Below, piece by piece: positions 28,218-38,770 of a stretch of DNA of 64,000 nucleotides. Both the position numbers and the translations under genes were made by a program. The stretch covers positions 4,128,001-4,192,000 of the forward strand of contig OY781964.1 of the NCBI GenBank assembly GCA_963677485.1, given 5' to 3'. Every line of letters starts with the position of its first letter. Position 1 is the first letter of the stretch. Source of the stretch: Armatimonadota bacterium. GTDB lineage: Bacteria > Armatimonadota > HRBIN16. The notes beneath the pieces were generated by a model. The model was not told the DNA's origin, made no database searches, and saw only the letters and a program-made list of their open reading frames with translations.

Positions 28218-29672
28218 CTATTTCCCACTATTCACAAACTCAGGCTTCTCGTCACTGGTATCAACCAAGCGCAGAATCTGCTCTGCGAAGAGTGCCACTC
28301 GCTTTTGTCCCCATGTGTTTAGTCGGTCTACAGTGTCTGTGGGCTTATGGTAGTCTTCGTGTAAGCCGGTAAAAAGAAACAGGCAAGGCACATGGGCGTT
28401 CATGAAGGCGGCAAAGTCCGACACACCGGAATACCCGTCTTCCTTGGATATCTGGAAGGGGATGAGCGCTTTTTGGTTGGCTTCGTCCAGCATACCACTC
28501 CATCGCTTATCACTGCCGACACACATCGCCCAAAGCTTGTCATTCCTCAGGCGGCCCACCATATCGAGGTCCAAAACGGCTTCGATCTGCTCAAGTGGCC
28601 ATGCCGGTTGTTTGATGAAGGCGTTTGAACCTAAAATTCCTTTTTCCTCGCCCATGTACGCAATGAATAGAACCGGTCGACGCAGCGGATGGTCCTTCAA
28701 CGCAGAGGCCAAAGCCAGCATCACAGCACTTCCGCTGGCGTTGTCGTCTGCACCCGGGTAGAGCGTGCCACCGACCACGCCAAGATGATCTGCATGTGCC
28801 CCAACCAGTACGGGCCGTTCGGCCATCTTCGGGTCTGTGCCTTCCAGCCAGCCGGCTACGTTGCTGGCTCCTGTGTTGACAGTCTTGAGTGTGATGCTCA
28901 TAGACACGACGGGTGATAGGCCTTTTTGAAGGGCGTCCAGCAACGGTTGTGCGGCAGACCGCTTGATGCGCATGACTGGAAGAGACATAGTGATCTGGTC
29001 ACCGGTGGGAATATCAGCCTTCCACTGGCTGTCGTCTACCACAAATAGAATCCCTTTGGCTTTCCGCATGGCGGCCTGAACGATCTTGAGCGGCAGTTGG
29101 CTTCGGCTGCTATCAAGGGCATCGTTAGTCGGTGCTCCATCGCTGATCACCACGATTTTGTCTGCAACGACTATCCCTGCATAGTCGTCATGCGAGCCAT
29201 CTGGGGCCACATATCCGTAATTCACGTATACCGCCGGCGCAGCGACCGAAGTGGAGGCACTCAGCATATCTGCGCGGTAATCCCGCTGCCACACAGGCCG
29301 TCTTGGCTGGTGTTCCCATGACAGGGTGCTGTGTGGGCTCTCGATGAAGTGGCCAAATACGGAGAATGGATGGTAATACCCTGAACCATCGCATTTGGCC
29401 GTGAGGTCATCCATTTTGGAGCTGCCAAGCATTGATAGGCCGATTCGGCTAAACTCTTGGGTGACATACTGCTGCGCTTGTCTACCGCCTTCTGTGCCCG
29501 TAGCGCGGCCGTTCATCTGTGGTGAACACAGTGCGGTATCCAGGGTGTAGAGGTGAGCCCGGCTGATCGGCTCAGCATAGATGCTGCACGATAGCTGTGA
29601 TAAGATCAAGGCCACCCATATCAGGCGGCCTAGTGGACACAGTCTATGATAGCGACTATTGTGGCTATTCAA
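28218..29672 (-). CDS. Secreted M28 family metallopeptidase with PA domain
   Basis: GAHADHLG, PGADDNASG, GEEKGILGS, LDMVG, SD, YHKPTD. Confidence 0.9.
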   Translation of the reverse strand: MNSHNSRYHRLCPLGRLIWVALILSQLSCSIYAEPISRAHLYTLDTALCSPQMNGRATGTEGGRQAQQYVTQEFSRIGLSMLGSSKMDDLTAKCDGSGYYHPFSVFGHFIESPHSTLSWEHQPRRPVWQRDYRADMLSASTSVAAPAVYVNYGYVAPDGSHDDYAGIVVADKIVVISDGAPTNDALDSSRSQLPLKIVQAAMRKAKGILFVVDDSQWKADIPTGDQITMSLPVMRIKRSAAQPLLDALQKGLSPVVSMSITLKTVNTGASNVAGWLEGTDPKMAERPVLVGAHADHLGVVGGTLYPGADDNASGSAVMLALASALKDHPLRRPVLFIAYMGEEKGILGSNAFIKQPAWPLEQIEAVLDLDMVGRLRNDKLWAMCVGSDKRWSGMLDEANQKALIPFQISKEDGYSGVSDFAAFMNAHVPCLFLFTGLHEDYHKPTDTVDRLNTWGQKRVALFAEQILRLVDTSDEKPEFVNSGK

Positions 29673-30426
29673 TTGGCCAGTCGTGCATCACTTTCAAGTA
29701 TGAGTCGTCGGTCAGATTCATCTGTAAAGGGGTGACCGCCACATATCCAGTTCGTACCAGGTTGACATCGCTGTCGTCGGCTTCGCCTTCTTCTACAGGA
29801 GTGCCGGTCAGCCAGTAATAGGCGCCTCCGCGAGGGTCTTGCCGTTTGTCGATGCGGTCATGGTATTGCCTGCGTCCCATGCGGCTTAGTTTCAAGCCTT
29901 TCACGCGCTCCCAGGGGGCGCTAGGTGCGTTGATGTTGATCAAAGAGCCTTCTGGCAGGCCATGCAACAACACCATCTCTGCGACGCGTGCAATCGCCTG
30001 CTCAGCCGCATCGTAGTCGCAGATGCCCGAGTTGGTGCATGTGCTCACAGCGATGCTCGGGATGCCAAAAACCGTGCCCTCCATGGCCGCCGCGAGGGTG
30101 CCTGAATAGAAAACATCCCAGCCTAAGTTCGCACCGTGGTTGATCCCGCTGACCACCAGGTCACACTGGTCGTTCATGACCGCCGAGAGAGCAAGGGTGA
30201 CGCAGTCTGACGGTGTGCCGCTGCAGCAGTATCCTGCGCTGCCGTCGGCAAGACGGGCCTGTTTCAAGCGGAGCGGCTTATGTAGCGTGATGGCATGGCT
30301 GGCCCCGCTGCGGGGGCTTTCTGGAGCCACAACCACCACTTCACCGTAGGGCAACAACGCGCGACGCAGCCTCCAGAGGCCGTCGGCATGGATGCCGTCA
30401 TCATTCGAGATTAGTATTCTTTTCAC
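29665..30426 (-). CDS. surE: 5'/3'-nucleotidase SurE
   Basis: ILISNDDG, SGASHAIT, GTPSDCV, VVSGINHG.N, YSGT; GTG start at 30426. Confidence 0.95.
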   Translation of the reverse strand: MKRILISNDDGIHADGLWRLRRALLPYGEVVVVAPESPRSGASHAITLHKPLRLKQARLADGSAGYCCSGTPSDCVTLALSAVMNDQCDLVVSGINHGANLGWDVFYSGTLAAAMEGTVFGIPSIAVSTCTNSGICDYDAAEQAIARVAEMVLLHGLPEGSLININAPSAPWERVKGLKLSRMGRRQYHDRIDKRQDPRGGAYYWLTGTPVEEGEADDSDVNLVRTGYVAVTPLQMNLTDDSYLKVMHDWPIE

Positions 30427-30606
30427 AACTACAGGATAGCATATGAGGGCCTGTGTCGGCATCCAGGAAGGTTAGGCAATACATCATTATCGGCGAATGA
30501 CCACACGTATGACCCCCACACATCCCTGTAAAAATGCGGCTACGGGCGGCCAGATGGCCGCCCGTAGTGAGTGCGATGAAGTTTGTTGGAATATCTAGCC
30601 AGAGGC

Positions 30607-30912
30607 CTAGTAAATCTCCGTCAGCTTCCAACTGAATAGCCGAAGGGGCACATGGCGGGGACTGCGCGATTCGCGCAGCAGGCGGATGCTCTCCTTCACC
30701 TGAGCCAGTTGTTCAGCGGTGCATGCGCAGTGGATGGTGGTATTAACACCAGGCCACACGGCGGAGTTCTCACGACGGCCGTTCTCACTCATACCGCTGA
30801 CGTCCTGCGACACGGTATAGCCGGGTACCTTGGCTTCATCAAGAAGCTGAAGCACATGTTCGGAGACACCTGTATCACATACGATCAGGGCCATAAGCAT
30901 CTCGTCCGTCAT
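30607..30912 (-). CDS. PII-like small protein
   Basis: VPGYT....V.G....G.......VWPG.N pattern of PII-fold (PG0541-like) proteins. Confidence 0.6.
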   Translation of the reverse strand: MTDEMLMALIVCDTGVSEHVLQLLDEAKVPGYTVSQDVSGMSENGRRENSAVWPGVNTTIHCACTAEQLAQVKESIRLLRESRSPRHVPLRLFSWKLTEIY

Positions 30913-30924
30913 TTGAACTACTCC

Positions 30925-32235
30925 TTAATCTTCCAGGTGTCCGCTGAGGTAAGCCTCATAGGCGGGCAGATCAAGCATGCCGTTACCGCTCAAGTTGAAC
31001 AAGATCACACGTTCCTTGCCTTCTTGCTTGGCCGCCAATGCCTCGTCAATTGCTGCTTTAATGGCATGGCTGGATTCCGGTGCCGGCACCGTGCCTTCAG
31101 CGCGAGCAAACGTGATCGCTGCTTCAAATACGCTGGTTTGTGGATATGAGGCAGCTTCTACCAAGCCGTGCTTGTAAGCATGGCTGACAGTAGGTGCCAT
31201 CGCGTGGTATCGTAGCCCGCCAGCGTGAATACTTGGCGGCATGAAGTCGTGCCCAAGGGTATACATCAGCATCAGGGGAGTCGTCATTGCGGTGTCCCCG
31301 AAGTCATAGCGGTACTCACCCGTCGTTAAGCTGGGGCAACTGCTGGGTTCTACTGCCAGGCAGCGGACCTTCTTACCACCCTCACCTCGAAGATTACGGC
31401 CAACCCATGGGAAAGATACCCCCGCGAAGTTGCTTCCGCCGCCTACACAGCCAATGACCACATCCGGTTCTTCGCCGGCCATCTCCATCTGTAGGATGGT
31501 CTCTTGACCGATGACCGTCTGATGCAGACATACATGGTTCATGACGCTGCCCAGCGAATATTTCGTGCCTGGGTGGGTCACGGTGTCTTCGATGGCTTCA
31601 GAGATCGCGATGCCCAGGCTGCCGGGGCAGTTCGGATCTTCAGCTAGCACGCGACGACCATAGGCGGTGTTCTCGCTTGGACTGGCGTATACGGTGCCAC
31701 CCCAGGTGTGCATCAGCAGGCCGCGGTAGGGCTTGGTCTGATAGCTAATCTTAACCTGGTATATCACACACTCGATATCAAACATCTGGCATGCCATCGC
31801 AAGGCTGGCTCCCCACTGGCCTGCACCCGTTTCCGTAGCCAACCGTTTGATACCGGCTTGTTTGTTGTAATAAGCCTGCGCGACCGCGGTGTTAGGTTTA
31901 TGGCTGCCTGCCGGACTGCCACCTTCATACTTGTAATAGATATGGGCGGGCGTATCCAGTAACTTCTCAAGGCGACGGGCTCTGAAAAGAGGGCTTGGAC
32001 GCCATCGGAACAAAATATCCCGAACTTCATCAGGGATTTCGATATACCGTTCGGTAGAGGCTTCCTGTTCAATGAGGTTCATTGGGAAGATGGCTTCCAT
32101 CTCCTCTGGCTTGATCGGTTCTTTGGTGCCAGGGTTCAGTGGCGGGGCCATCGGTTCCTTGAAATCGGCTGCAATATTATACCAATGGGTTGGCATTTGT
32201 CGGGCTGTAAGGTCAAAACGGCTGTCGTTACTCAA
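30925..32235 (-). CDS. trpB2: TrpB-like PLP enzyme (tryptophan synthase beta, TrpB2 type)
   Basis: WYNIAAD, GSHKPNTA, TETGAGQWG, GGGSN, IHAGGLRYH, PAPES.HA. Confidence 0.93.
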   Translation of the reverse strand: MSNDSRFDLTARQMPTHWYNIAADFKEPMAPPLNPGTKEPIKPEEMEAIFPMNLIEQEASTERYIEIPDEVRDILFRWRPSPLFRARRLEKLLDTPAHIYYKYEGGSPAGSHKPNTAVAQAYYNKQAGIKRLATETGAGQWGASLAMACQMFDIECVIYQVKISYQTKPYRGLLMHTWGGTVYASPSENTAYGRRVLAEDPNCPGSLGIAISEAIEDTVTHPGTKYSLGSVMNHVCLHQTVIGQETILQMEMAGEEPDVVIGCVGGGSNFAGVSFPWVGRNLRGEGGKKVRCLAVEPSSCPSLTTGEYRYDFGDTAMTTPLMLMYTLGHDFMPPSIHAGGLRYHAMAPTVSHAYKHGLVEAASYPQTSVFEAAITFARAEGTVPAPESSHAIKAAIDEALAAKQEGKERVILFNLSGNGMLDLPAYEAYLSGHLED

Positions 32236-32275
32236 TGTATACCCTCCGGGTGATATGTATGTTTGATTCCTGAAA

Positions 32276-33859
32276 TTAGTTTACACTACCTGCGTTTGTT
32301 TTACCTGCGCTGATCGCCTCGCGCAGAGCGTCGCTGAGACTGGTCTCGCCGTTCGTTCGTTGAGCGGTGTCATTGTTGGTGATGGCATCGACTAACGTCG
32401 CAAGACCATTCTTCAGCAGTACACAACTCAGCTTAAAGCCTTCATGTGTTGTGATCTGCGGAGGCGTTGGTAGTAAACCTGCTACGTAGCTGTTCAAACT
32501 ATTCGCTTCATTGCTGCGGGCCTGCAGCGCATTATATTGTTGTTCACGCGTGATCTTCTTATCAATCTGCGATTTGAGAGCTTCAGTGCTGAGCCTGTGT
32601 ATCCGTTCGATGGCTGGGTATAGGTCTTCGCTCAGGCTTCCGAATACTTTGGAGCGCAAGGTTTCATCATCAACGGGGACCAATGTGTAGACCTTACTAA
32701 CCATCTCGGCTGCTTCAGCGAACTGACTTTTCAGGGCGTAGAGATGAGCCAGCTTGAGGAAGGGCTCATACTGTTTGTCTGAATGGGCACAAGCCTGTTT
32801 CAACAGCGTCTCAGCTTCGTTGATCCGACCGTTATTCCACAGCACATCAACCAGTCGTAGAGTGATTTGCACGTTGGAAGGGTCTTTTTCCAGCATCGAG
32901 CGGAACAACCGTTCCGCTTCCTCGGGCTGGTCTGCAGAGACATAGGCATCTGCTAAGGGCCCGGCTAGCTCTGGAACTGCTCCGATGAGCAGGGTGGCAC
33001 GTTTGGCCTCGTTGAGCGCCTGGACATCCATTTTGAGTGCCAACAGTGCTTGAATCAGCTTTGCCCGTGGTGCAGGGTTCAGCGGTTCCAGGCTTATCGA
33101 CTGTCTATACTTATCAACAGCGATGGCGGTATCACCCGTCGACATCGCACGGTCGGCCGCTTCCATACTTTGCTTGGCCAGACCAGCGTTGTCCGGGGTC
33201 GCAAATACGGTGGTTTCCTGCACAGCCGGATGAACGTCATCCTGTGTGGTTTCAATCATCGCCATGTTGCTGAGTGGTTCCGCTATTAACTTAGCCACCA
33301 GAGTTGATGCCGCTGTCTTTGCGGAGCTGGGCCTGTCCAGTTCTTGTGTCTTACCTGAATAGACCATCGGTGAGTCAAACTTGGTTTGCCAGCTTAGGTT
33401 GCTCGTGGCTGAGCGCCACGTGGCAGTCAGCCTGATCACCGCGGCCTTGGTATACTTGGTGGGTAGGTTGTTCTTCTTAGGCACGCTTTTAGGAGGTGCC
33501 GGCAGCTTGACGGTGTCCTCAACAAATTGTGCTGAGACTTCCAGTGAGGCTTGAGCTCCCAGCGCTGCAGAGATGGCGTTTTGTTGTGAGGCGTTTGGTT
33601 TTGGGCCTGGAAGGTTCTTATCAATCGCACCTTCCACCACTAAACGCTGCACAAACGGCTCTGAAGGTGAATAGATGAGTGTCTCAGCACGCTTAGTCTG
33701 GTCAAGCATTTCGCTTAATGATGCTGCGATAGGGAATGCTGATTCCACAGCGTCAATTTGGTATATCACGACCAACGGCCGCTTTGCTGGGGCTTGAGCG
33801 TAGATGGCTGAACTGGCCAGCCCGACGAGTAGACATGAGAGCACAATTAGTCGCCGCAT
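32276..33859 (-). CDS. Secreted TPR-repeat protein
   Basis: Signal peptide; tandem TPR-like helices (A...YRQ.I.LEP.N, AE..FR..L..DP.N). Confidence 0.75.
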   Translation of the reverse strand: MRRLIVLSCLLVGLASSAIYAQAPAKRPLVVIYQIDAVESAFPIAASLSEMLDQTKRAETLIYSPSEPFVQRLVVEGAIDKNLPGPKPNASQQNAISAALGAQASLEVSAQFVEDTVKLPAPPKSVPKKNNLPTKYTKAAVIRLTATWRSATSNLSWQTKFDSPMVYSGKTQELDRPSSAKTAASTLVAKLIAEPLSNMAMIETTQDDVHPAVQETTVFATPDNAGLAKQSMEAADRAMSTGDTAIAVDKYRQSISLEPLNPAPRAKLIQALLALKMDVQALNEAKRATLLIGAVPELAGPLADAYVSADQPEEAERLFRSMLEKDPSNVQITLRLVDVLWNNGRINEAETLLKQACAHSDKQYEPFLKLAHLYALKSQFAEAAEMVSKVYTLVPVDDETLRSKVFGSLSEDLYPAIERIHRLSTEALKSQIDKKITREQQYNALQARSNEANSLNSYVAGLLPTPPQITTHEGFKLSCVLLKNGLATLVDAITNNDTAQRTNGETSLSDALREAISAGKTNAGSVN

Positions 33860-35172
33860 GCTTTTAACCCCTGTTCTGCGTTTTCTTTATCGCGTGTTGC
33901 TTGTGGCACATTAACACCGCGGGAGATGGCATCATTGGCCTTCTTTAAGGCGTCATGGTATGCCTTGCGGGCGTCTTGTATGTTATTCAGCCGTCTCTGG
34001 TTTTGTGCGATACTATTGCTTATACTTGCCGAATTGGCACCATAGTTTTGCGCGGCCGTATAGCTTTCAATGGCTCCGCGGTAGTCGCCTTTGGAAGATT
34101 TCTCGGCGGCAATCCGAAGCAACATGTCAGCCTCATTGGTGCCCGACTGGGTTGGTTTTGGACGGACGACGCTTCCGCTGTTGACCGTGATCTCGTAGAT
34201 ACCGGTCGGTGCAGTGTTGTCTGGCGCCGTTCTCGTCGGGGCTTTAGGTTCTGGTTTATCAGCCGCCGGTTGAGATGGTGTGGCAGTTGGTGTCGTTCGT
34301 TCGGTGGTAAGGCCAGAGATAGGGGGCAAAGCTGGGATGGAGGCTAATCCGCCACCCGAGCCTGAGTTGCCTGATGGCCGTGTCTGGTAATTCTGCGGCT
34401 GGGGAGCTGCCATGATTGGGTTGGTTTGCTGAGGCACTTGCGGGTTGTTGCCTCCAGCGATATACGGTTGGATGGCACCCCCGTTATTTTGCGTCAGGGG
34501 ATTACCGCCGTTGTCAGGCTGAGCCTGCGGAATGGCTATACCATTGGTCGGTGCAGGAACCAGGTTGCTTGATGCGTCACCTGTGCCAGTAGGCCGAATC
34601 TCCGAGTGGCTGCCCGGTCGATTATTCAATGCGACAGCACCCAGCACGAACACTGCTATGGCGGAAGCAGCAGCAAGAAGTAACGGATTCACAGGCTTCC
34701 GGCTAGATATCTGCATCGGTCGTGATGAAGCAAGTCCGGCGGTGGTTCCATTGATACCAATAGAGTGCTGCAGCTCTTCGAGCTTGATCTGATCGGCAAT
34801 GCTTCCGGGATTGTGTTGAACCACTATTCTAAGCTGTTCGATAGCCTGTGCGGTCTTGCCTAGTCTTTCATACACAATGGCCATCATCGAGTGGGCACTG
34901 GTGTTCGTCTTGTCGACCTCAATGATCGCCTCGCATATCATCAGAGCTTCTTGATATCGCCCTTCCGACTGGCAGCGCATGGCGTCATGCAGCAACTGAT
35001 CTATACGGAACTCTACACCTGTGGCATGACCCTCTGCCTGACCATCGGCACCTGTAACAGCGTTTATCAGCTCCTCTTGAATGGCGTTGCTGCCATGGGA
35101 TAGCCGCTGTCCACAACGCTTGCAGAAACGGTTCCCTTCAGTGGTCTCCAGTCCACAGTCTGGACAGAACAT
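33847..35172 (-). CDS. Zn-ribbon/TPR membrane protein
   Basis: MFCPDCG...FCKRCG; TPR; TM helix; P-rich linker; C-terminal TPR. Confidence 0.75.
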   Translation of the reverse strand: MFCPDCGLETTEGNRFCKRCGQRLSHGSNAIQEELINAVTGADGQAEGHATGVEFRIDQLLHDAMRCQSEGRYQEALMICEAIIEVDKTNTSAHSMMAIVYERLGKTAQAIEQLRIVVQHNPGSIADQIKLEELQHSIGINGTTAGLASSRPMQISSRKPVNPLLLAAASAIAVFVLGAVALNNRPGSHSEIRPTGTGDASSNLVPAPTNGIAIPQAQPDNGGNPLTQNNGGAIQPYIAGGNNPQVPQQTNPIMAAPQPQNYQTRPSGNSGSGGGLASIPALPPISGLTTERTTPTATPSQPAADKPEPKAPTRTAPDNTAPTGIYEITVNSGSVVRPKPTQSGTNEADMLLRIAAEKSSKGDYRGAIESYTAAQNYGANSASISNSIAQNQRRLNNIQDARKAYHDALKKANDAISRGVNVPQATRDKENAEQGLKACGD

Positions 35173-35186
35173 TGAATATGCCTCCT

Positions 35187-36230
35187 CTAAAAAAGCCTCT
35201 GGTCGCTACCGGGGGGTAACGCAACGTTCAAGTGCTCAAAAGCGCGCTGAGTGGCCGTCCGCCCTCGCGGCGTACGGTTGAGCATCCCGATTTGAATGAG
35301 GTAAGGTTCGTATACATCCTCGATTGTGTCACGCTCTTCGTTCAGGGCTGCCGCCAGCGTATCAATGCCGACAGGACCGCCTCCGAACTTCTCCACTAAC
35401 AGGGAGAGGAACCGGCGGTCGAACTCATCAAGCCCAAGGCTGTCGACGCTAAGCTGCTGTAACGCGTAGTCAGCCAGTGCCCGGGAGATAGTCCCGTTGT
35501 TTTGCACCTGGGCAAAGTCGCGTACTCGGCGCAGCAGCCGGTTGGCGATGCGGGGCGTTCCGCGGCTTCGGAGCGCGATCTCGGCGGAGCCCTCCTCATC
35601 AATGGGCACACCCAGGATATCAGCACTGCGGCCAATGATCACACGCAGCTCATCCGCATTGTAGAACTGGAAGTAGTTGATGATACCAAACCTCGCCCGA
35701 AGGGGGGAGGTCAACAGGCCCGCTCTGGTTGTGGCTCCCACAAGAGTGAAGCGCGGCAGATCGATCTTGATCGTGCGCGCCGCTGGCCCCTTGCCGATGA
35801 TGAGATCTAACTGATAGTCTTCCATCGCCGGGTAGAGAATCTCCTCAACCGGACGGCTAAGGCGGTGAATCTCATCTATAAACAACAGGGAGTTAGGTTC
35901 CAAGTTGGTAAGAATAGCAGCCAGATCACCAGGCCGTTCGATGGCAGGCCCAGAGGTGCTGCGAATGGTTGTGTTCATCTCATGCGCGATGATATTGGCT
36001 AAAGTGGTTTTTCCAAGTCCTGGTGGGCCATACAACAAGGCGTGGTCAAGTGGTTCATTACGACCCTGGGCAGCCTGAATAAAGATTTTTAAGTTTTCCT
36101 TGAGCTGATTTTGCCCAATGAACTCCCTCAGCCGTTTCGGGCGGAGGCTTAACTCTTCTTCAGCTTCTCGTGTTGTCTGCTCAGGAGAGACGATCCTATC
36201 GAACTCGACGCCGGTAAAATCCGACACCAA
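35187..36230 (-). CDS. ruvB: Holliday junction branch migration helicase RuvB
   Basis: [46 protein letters not shown]. Confidence 0.98.
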   Translation of the reverse strand: MVSDFTGVEFDRIVSPEQTTREAEEELSLRPKRLREFIGQNQLKENLKIFIQAAQGRNEPLDHALLYGPPGLGKTTLANIIAHEMNTTIRSTSGPAIERPGDLAAILTNLEPNSLLFIDEIHRLSRPVEEILYPAMEDYQLDLIIGKGPAARTIKIDLPRFTLVGATTRAGLLTSPLRARFGIINYFQFYNADELRVIIGRSADILGVPIDEEGSAEIALRSRGTPRIANRLLRRVRDFAQVQNNGTISRALADYALQQLSVDSLGLDEFDRRFLSLLVEKFGGGPVGIDTLAAALNEERDTIEDVYEPYLIQIGMLNRTPRGRTATQRAFEHLNVALPPGSDQRLF

Positions 36231-36274
36231 ACTACCTCTTTACTCGCGTGGGGCGCATTTTGAACTGCTCCAGC

Positions 36275-36889
36275 TTATGACTGGCTAGATGTTAGTAACT
36301 GTAGCGCCAGTTTGATGATGCCGCCTGCATCTTGTGGGGGCACTTCCGTGGCTAGTGCGTGCTCGACAGCGGCTCTAGCATCCTGCCGATGGTATCCCAA
36401 GCCGACGAGTGCAGTGATGGCATCGTCCGATGGAGCCACAACCATACGGCCATGAGATTGTTTATCGAAGCGGGAGACAAGGCTCATCTCAATGGCACGC
36501 TCTTTGAGGTCGATGACGATACGCTGAGCTGTCTTCGCTCCAATCCCTGGTGCCTTCATGATCGCTCGGGTATCATCACCCGCGATGAGGTGAACCAGGC
36601 TCTCTGCTCCAAACGTGCTTAACAGGTTCAGTGCTGCGCGTGGTCCTACACCGCTGACTGTCAGAAGCAGTTCAAACAGTTTGCGTTCGGTATCGTCGCT
36701 AAACCCATATAGAGTCAACTCGTCCTCACGAACGTGCAAGTGGGTGACAAACATCACTTCGTCACCTACAGGCGGCAACACGGTGAGCGCAGATTCTGGC
36801 AACAACATCCTGTAGCCAACTCCATTGACGTCAACTACAGCAGAAATGTTATCCGAGCTGATCAGCTCACCGCGTATACGTGCGATCAT
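36275..36889 (-). CDS. ruvA: Holliday junction branch migration protein RuvA
   Basis: MIA.I.G, GVGY, VRED...LYGF, VSGVGP, PGIG.KTA.RI. Confidence 0.97.
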   Translation of the reverse strand: MIARIRGELISSDNISAVVDVNGVGYRMLLPESALTVLPPVGDEVMFVTHLHVREDELTLYGFSDDTERKLFELLLTVSGVGPRAALNLLSTFGAESLVHLIAGDDTRAIMKAPGIGAKTAQRIVIDLKERAIEMSLVSRFDKQSHGRMVVAPSDDAITALVGLGYHRQDARAAVEHALATEVPPQDAGGIIKLALQLLTSSQS

Positions 36890-36893
36890 CTAG

Positions 36894-37763
36894 CTACTCT
36901 ATGACCTTGCGCAGCGAATATTCTACGATGCCCGTGGCGCCAGCCCGTTTGAGGGCCGGGATCATATCGCGGGCGACCTTCTGGTCTAGAATGGTCTCAA
37001 CTGCAACCCAGCTCTTGTCCGATAGGGGACTGATCGTCGGATTTTTCAGTGCGGGAAGAATCTTCAACACATCTTCGATGGTAGATACAGGCACGTTCAT
37101 CTTCAAACCGACGAGGTTCGCTGCGTTCAGCGATGCCTGAAGCAGCATGGCCAGGTTCTCGCATTTTTCGCGCTTCCATGGGTCAGCGTATGCTTGCTTG
37201 TTCATCACCAGGCGTGGGGTTGATACGATGAGCGTATCTATGATCTGAAGGTTGTGAGCCCTTAGGCTGCTGCCTGTTTCGGTGTTCACCACTATAGCAT
37301 CTACCAGCGTGGGTACCTTCATTTCACAGGCTCCCCAGCTAAACTCAACTTCTGCGTGAACGCCATGAGACTCAAGGTAACGCTCGGTCAATCTTACGTA
37401 TTCGGTGGCGATGCGTTTGCCTTCCAGGTCTTGCACTTTGGTGATCTGGCTGTCGTTGTGTACCGACAATACGACGCGCACCGGGTTGCGAGTCACTTTA
37501 CTGTAGGTGAGTTCGCATATTTCGATGACGTCCACAGCGTTGTCTTCGATCCAGTCTTTCCCGCTGAGTCCGCAATCAATCACACCCATTTCAACATAGC
37601 GAGGGATTTCCTGGGGGCGGATCAGGCGGGGATTGATCTCTTTATCGTCGATCTCAGGTTCGTAAGATCGTGGTGAGACACGAAAATCATATCCGGCTCT
37701 TTTGAATAAGTCGAATGTCGCATCTTGTAAGCTGCCTTTTGGCAGACCTATTTTTAGAATCAC
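36894..37763 (-). CDS. hisG: ATP phosphoribosyltransferase (long form)
   Basis: LKIGLPKGSL, RPQEIP.YV, IATEY, ETGSSL, C-terminal PTISPL; GTG start at 37763. Confidence 0.95.
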   Translation of the reverse strand: MILKIGLPKGSLQDATFDLFKRAGYDFRVSPRSYEPEIDDKEINPRLIRPQEIPRYVEMGVIDCGLSGKDWIEDNAVDVIEICELTYSKVTRNPVRVVLSVHNDSQITKVQDLEGKRIATEYVRLTERYLESHGVHAEVEFSWGACEMKVPTLVDAIVVNTETGSSLRAHNLQIIDTLIVSTPRLVMNKQAYADPWKREKCENLAMLLQASLNAANLVGLKMNVPVSTIEDVLKILPALKNPTISPLSDKSWVAVETILDQKVARDMIPALKRAGATGIVEYSLRKVIE

Positions 37764-37835
37764 AGTTATATAACACCTTTCGGTTGAATGTGCAGGTTCA
37801 CATATACCATTGTACCAACTTGATATAAGTAGCAC

Positions 37836-37870
37836 AAAAAAGCTCTGCCCAACCTATTGATGGGCAGAGC
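37836..37870 (-). terminator. Rho-independent terminator of 37890..38573
   Basis: GCTCTGCCCA/TGGGCAGAGC stem followed by T6 on the minus strand. Confidence 0.75.
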
Positions 37871-37889
37871 GAAACCTTCAGGTGAACTA

Positions 37890-38573
37890 CTAATAATCGC
37901 TGACTGACGACTCCGGGTCTGTTCCAAAGCCTTCGTTTGTGCGGCCTTTCGGGCGGACCTGGTTTGATCTAGTGCTGAAGCCTGTGGTCCGGCTGTTCTG
38001 AATTCTTGTGGGAGCGATCTGGTTCTTTTGCTGCTGAGCCAGTTTGCGACGCTCCTGCTCTGTGAGTGTGCCAGCACCTGTCCATGTTCCTGTCTGCGCG
38101 GTCCCAGATGGTGTCGCAGAACCGGGGCGCACGATGCCAGGCTGCCTGACGGCTGAGTTCACTCCGGCGGGGCCCAGCTTACTGTTGGCTCCAGCTTTAC
38201 CCACGGTACCGGTGGCCCCGTTCATCATACCGCCTGGGCTAAGAGGTTTACCCATCTGAGGTGGGGTGATTGATGTGCTGGGCGATGAACCGCCGGATCC
38301 GCTGGACATCGCGACGAAGATGATGATGGCAATTATAGCCACCACGATCACTCCGATCAGTACAGGAACCGGCACACTGTTAAGCGCACTTGGCGCAGCA
38401 GGCTCTGCCTTTTTGCTCCCACCGCTGCTAGGTGCGGGACGTTTGCCACCTCTTTTTTTGTGTTGATCCTCAAATTGTTTAAGGTCTTCTTGAATAGAGT
38501 TCCAATCCATCTGAGCATCTGCATTTGCTGCATCTGTCTGAGGGGTGGTGCTGCCTGTTTTGTTATCTGCCAT
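37890..38573 (-). CDS. Hypothetical single-pass membrane protein, low complexity
   Basis: 227-aa ORF with one TM helix and a G/S/T-rich tail. Confidence 0.65.
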   Translation of the reverse strand: MADNKTGSTTPQTDAANADAQMDWNSIQEDLKQFEDQHKKRGGKRPAPSSGGSKKAEPAAPSALNSVPVPVLIGVIVVAIIAIIIFVAMSSGSGGSSPSTSITPPQMGKPLSPGGMMNGATGTVGKAGANSKLGPAGVNSAVRQPGIVRPGSATPSGTAQTGTWTGAGTLTEQERRKLAQQQKNQIAPTRIQNSRTTGFSTRSNQVRPKGRTNEGFGTDPESSVSDY

Positions 38574-38770
38574 GATATCCCTGCCTTCAAGAAATCTTTT
38601 ACTCTCAGAGAGAGTGCGCGTGAGCGGTGCGGTTACCTATCTTATGGTATGGGAAATGATGCTTGGGATGCAAGCTGATTTGCCCAGCTCACCACCATAA
38701 TAGGTGATCGCACACATCTTTCTGTACGATATTAGACTAAAACAGCGTTCTGCTCGTTACATTCGGACAT

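Noticed and set aside
21876-36889. cdsA missing between uppS and dxr; ruvC missing beside ruvAB
   Set aside because: Gene-order variation of this kind is common, and the genes may lie elsewhere in the genome.
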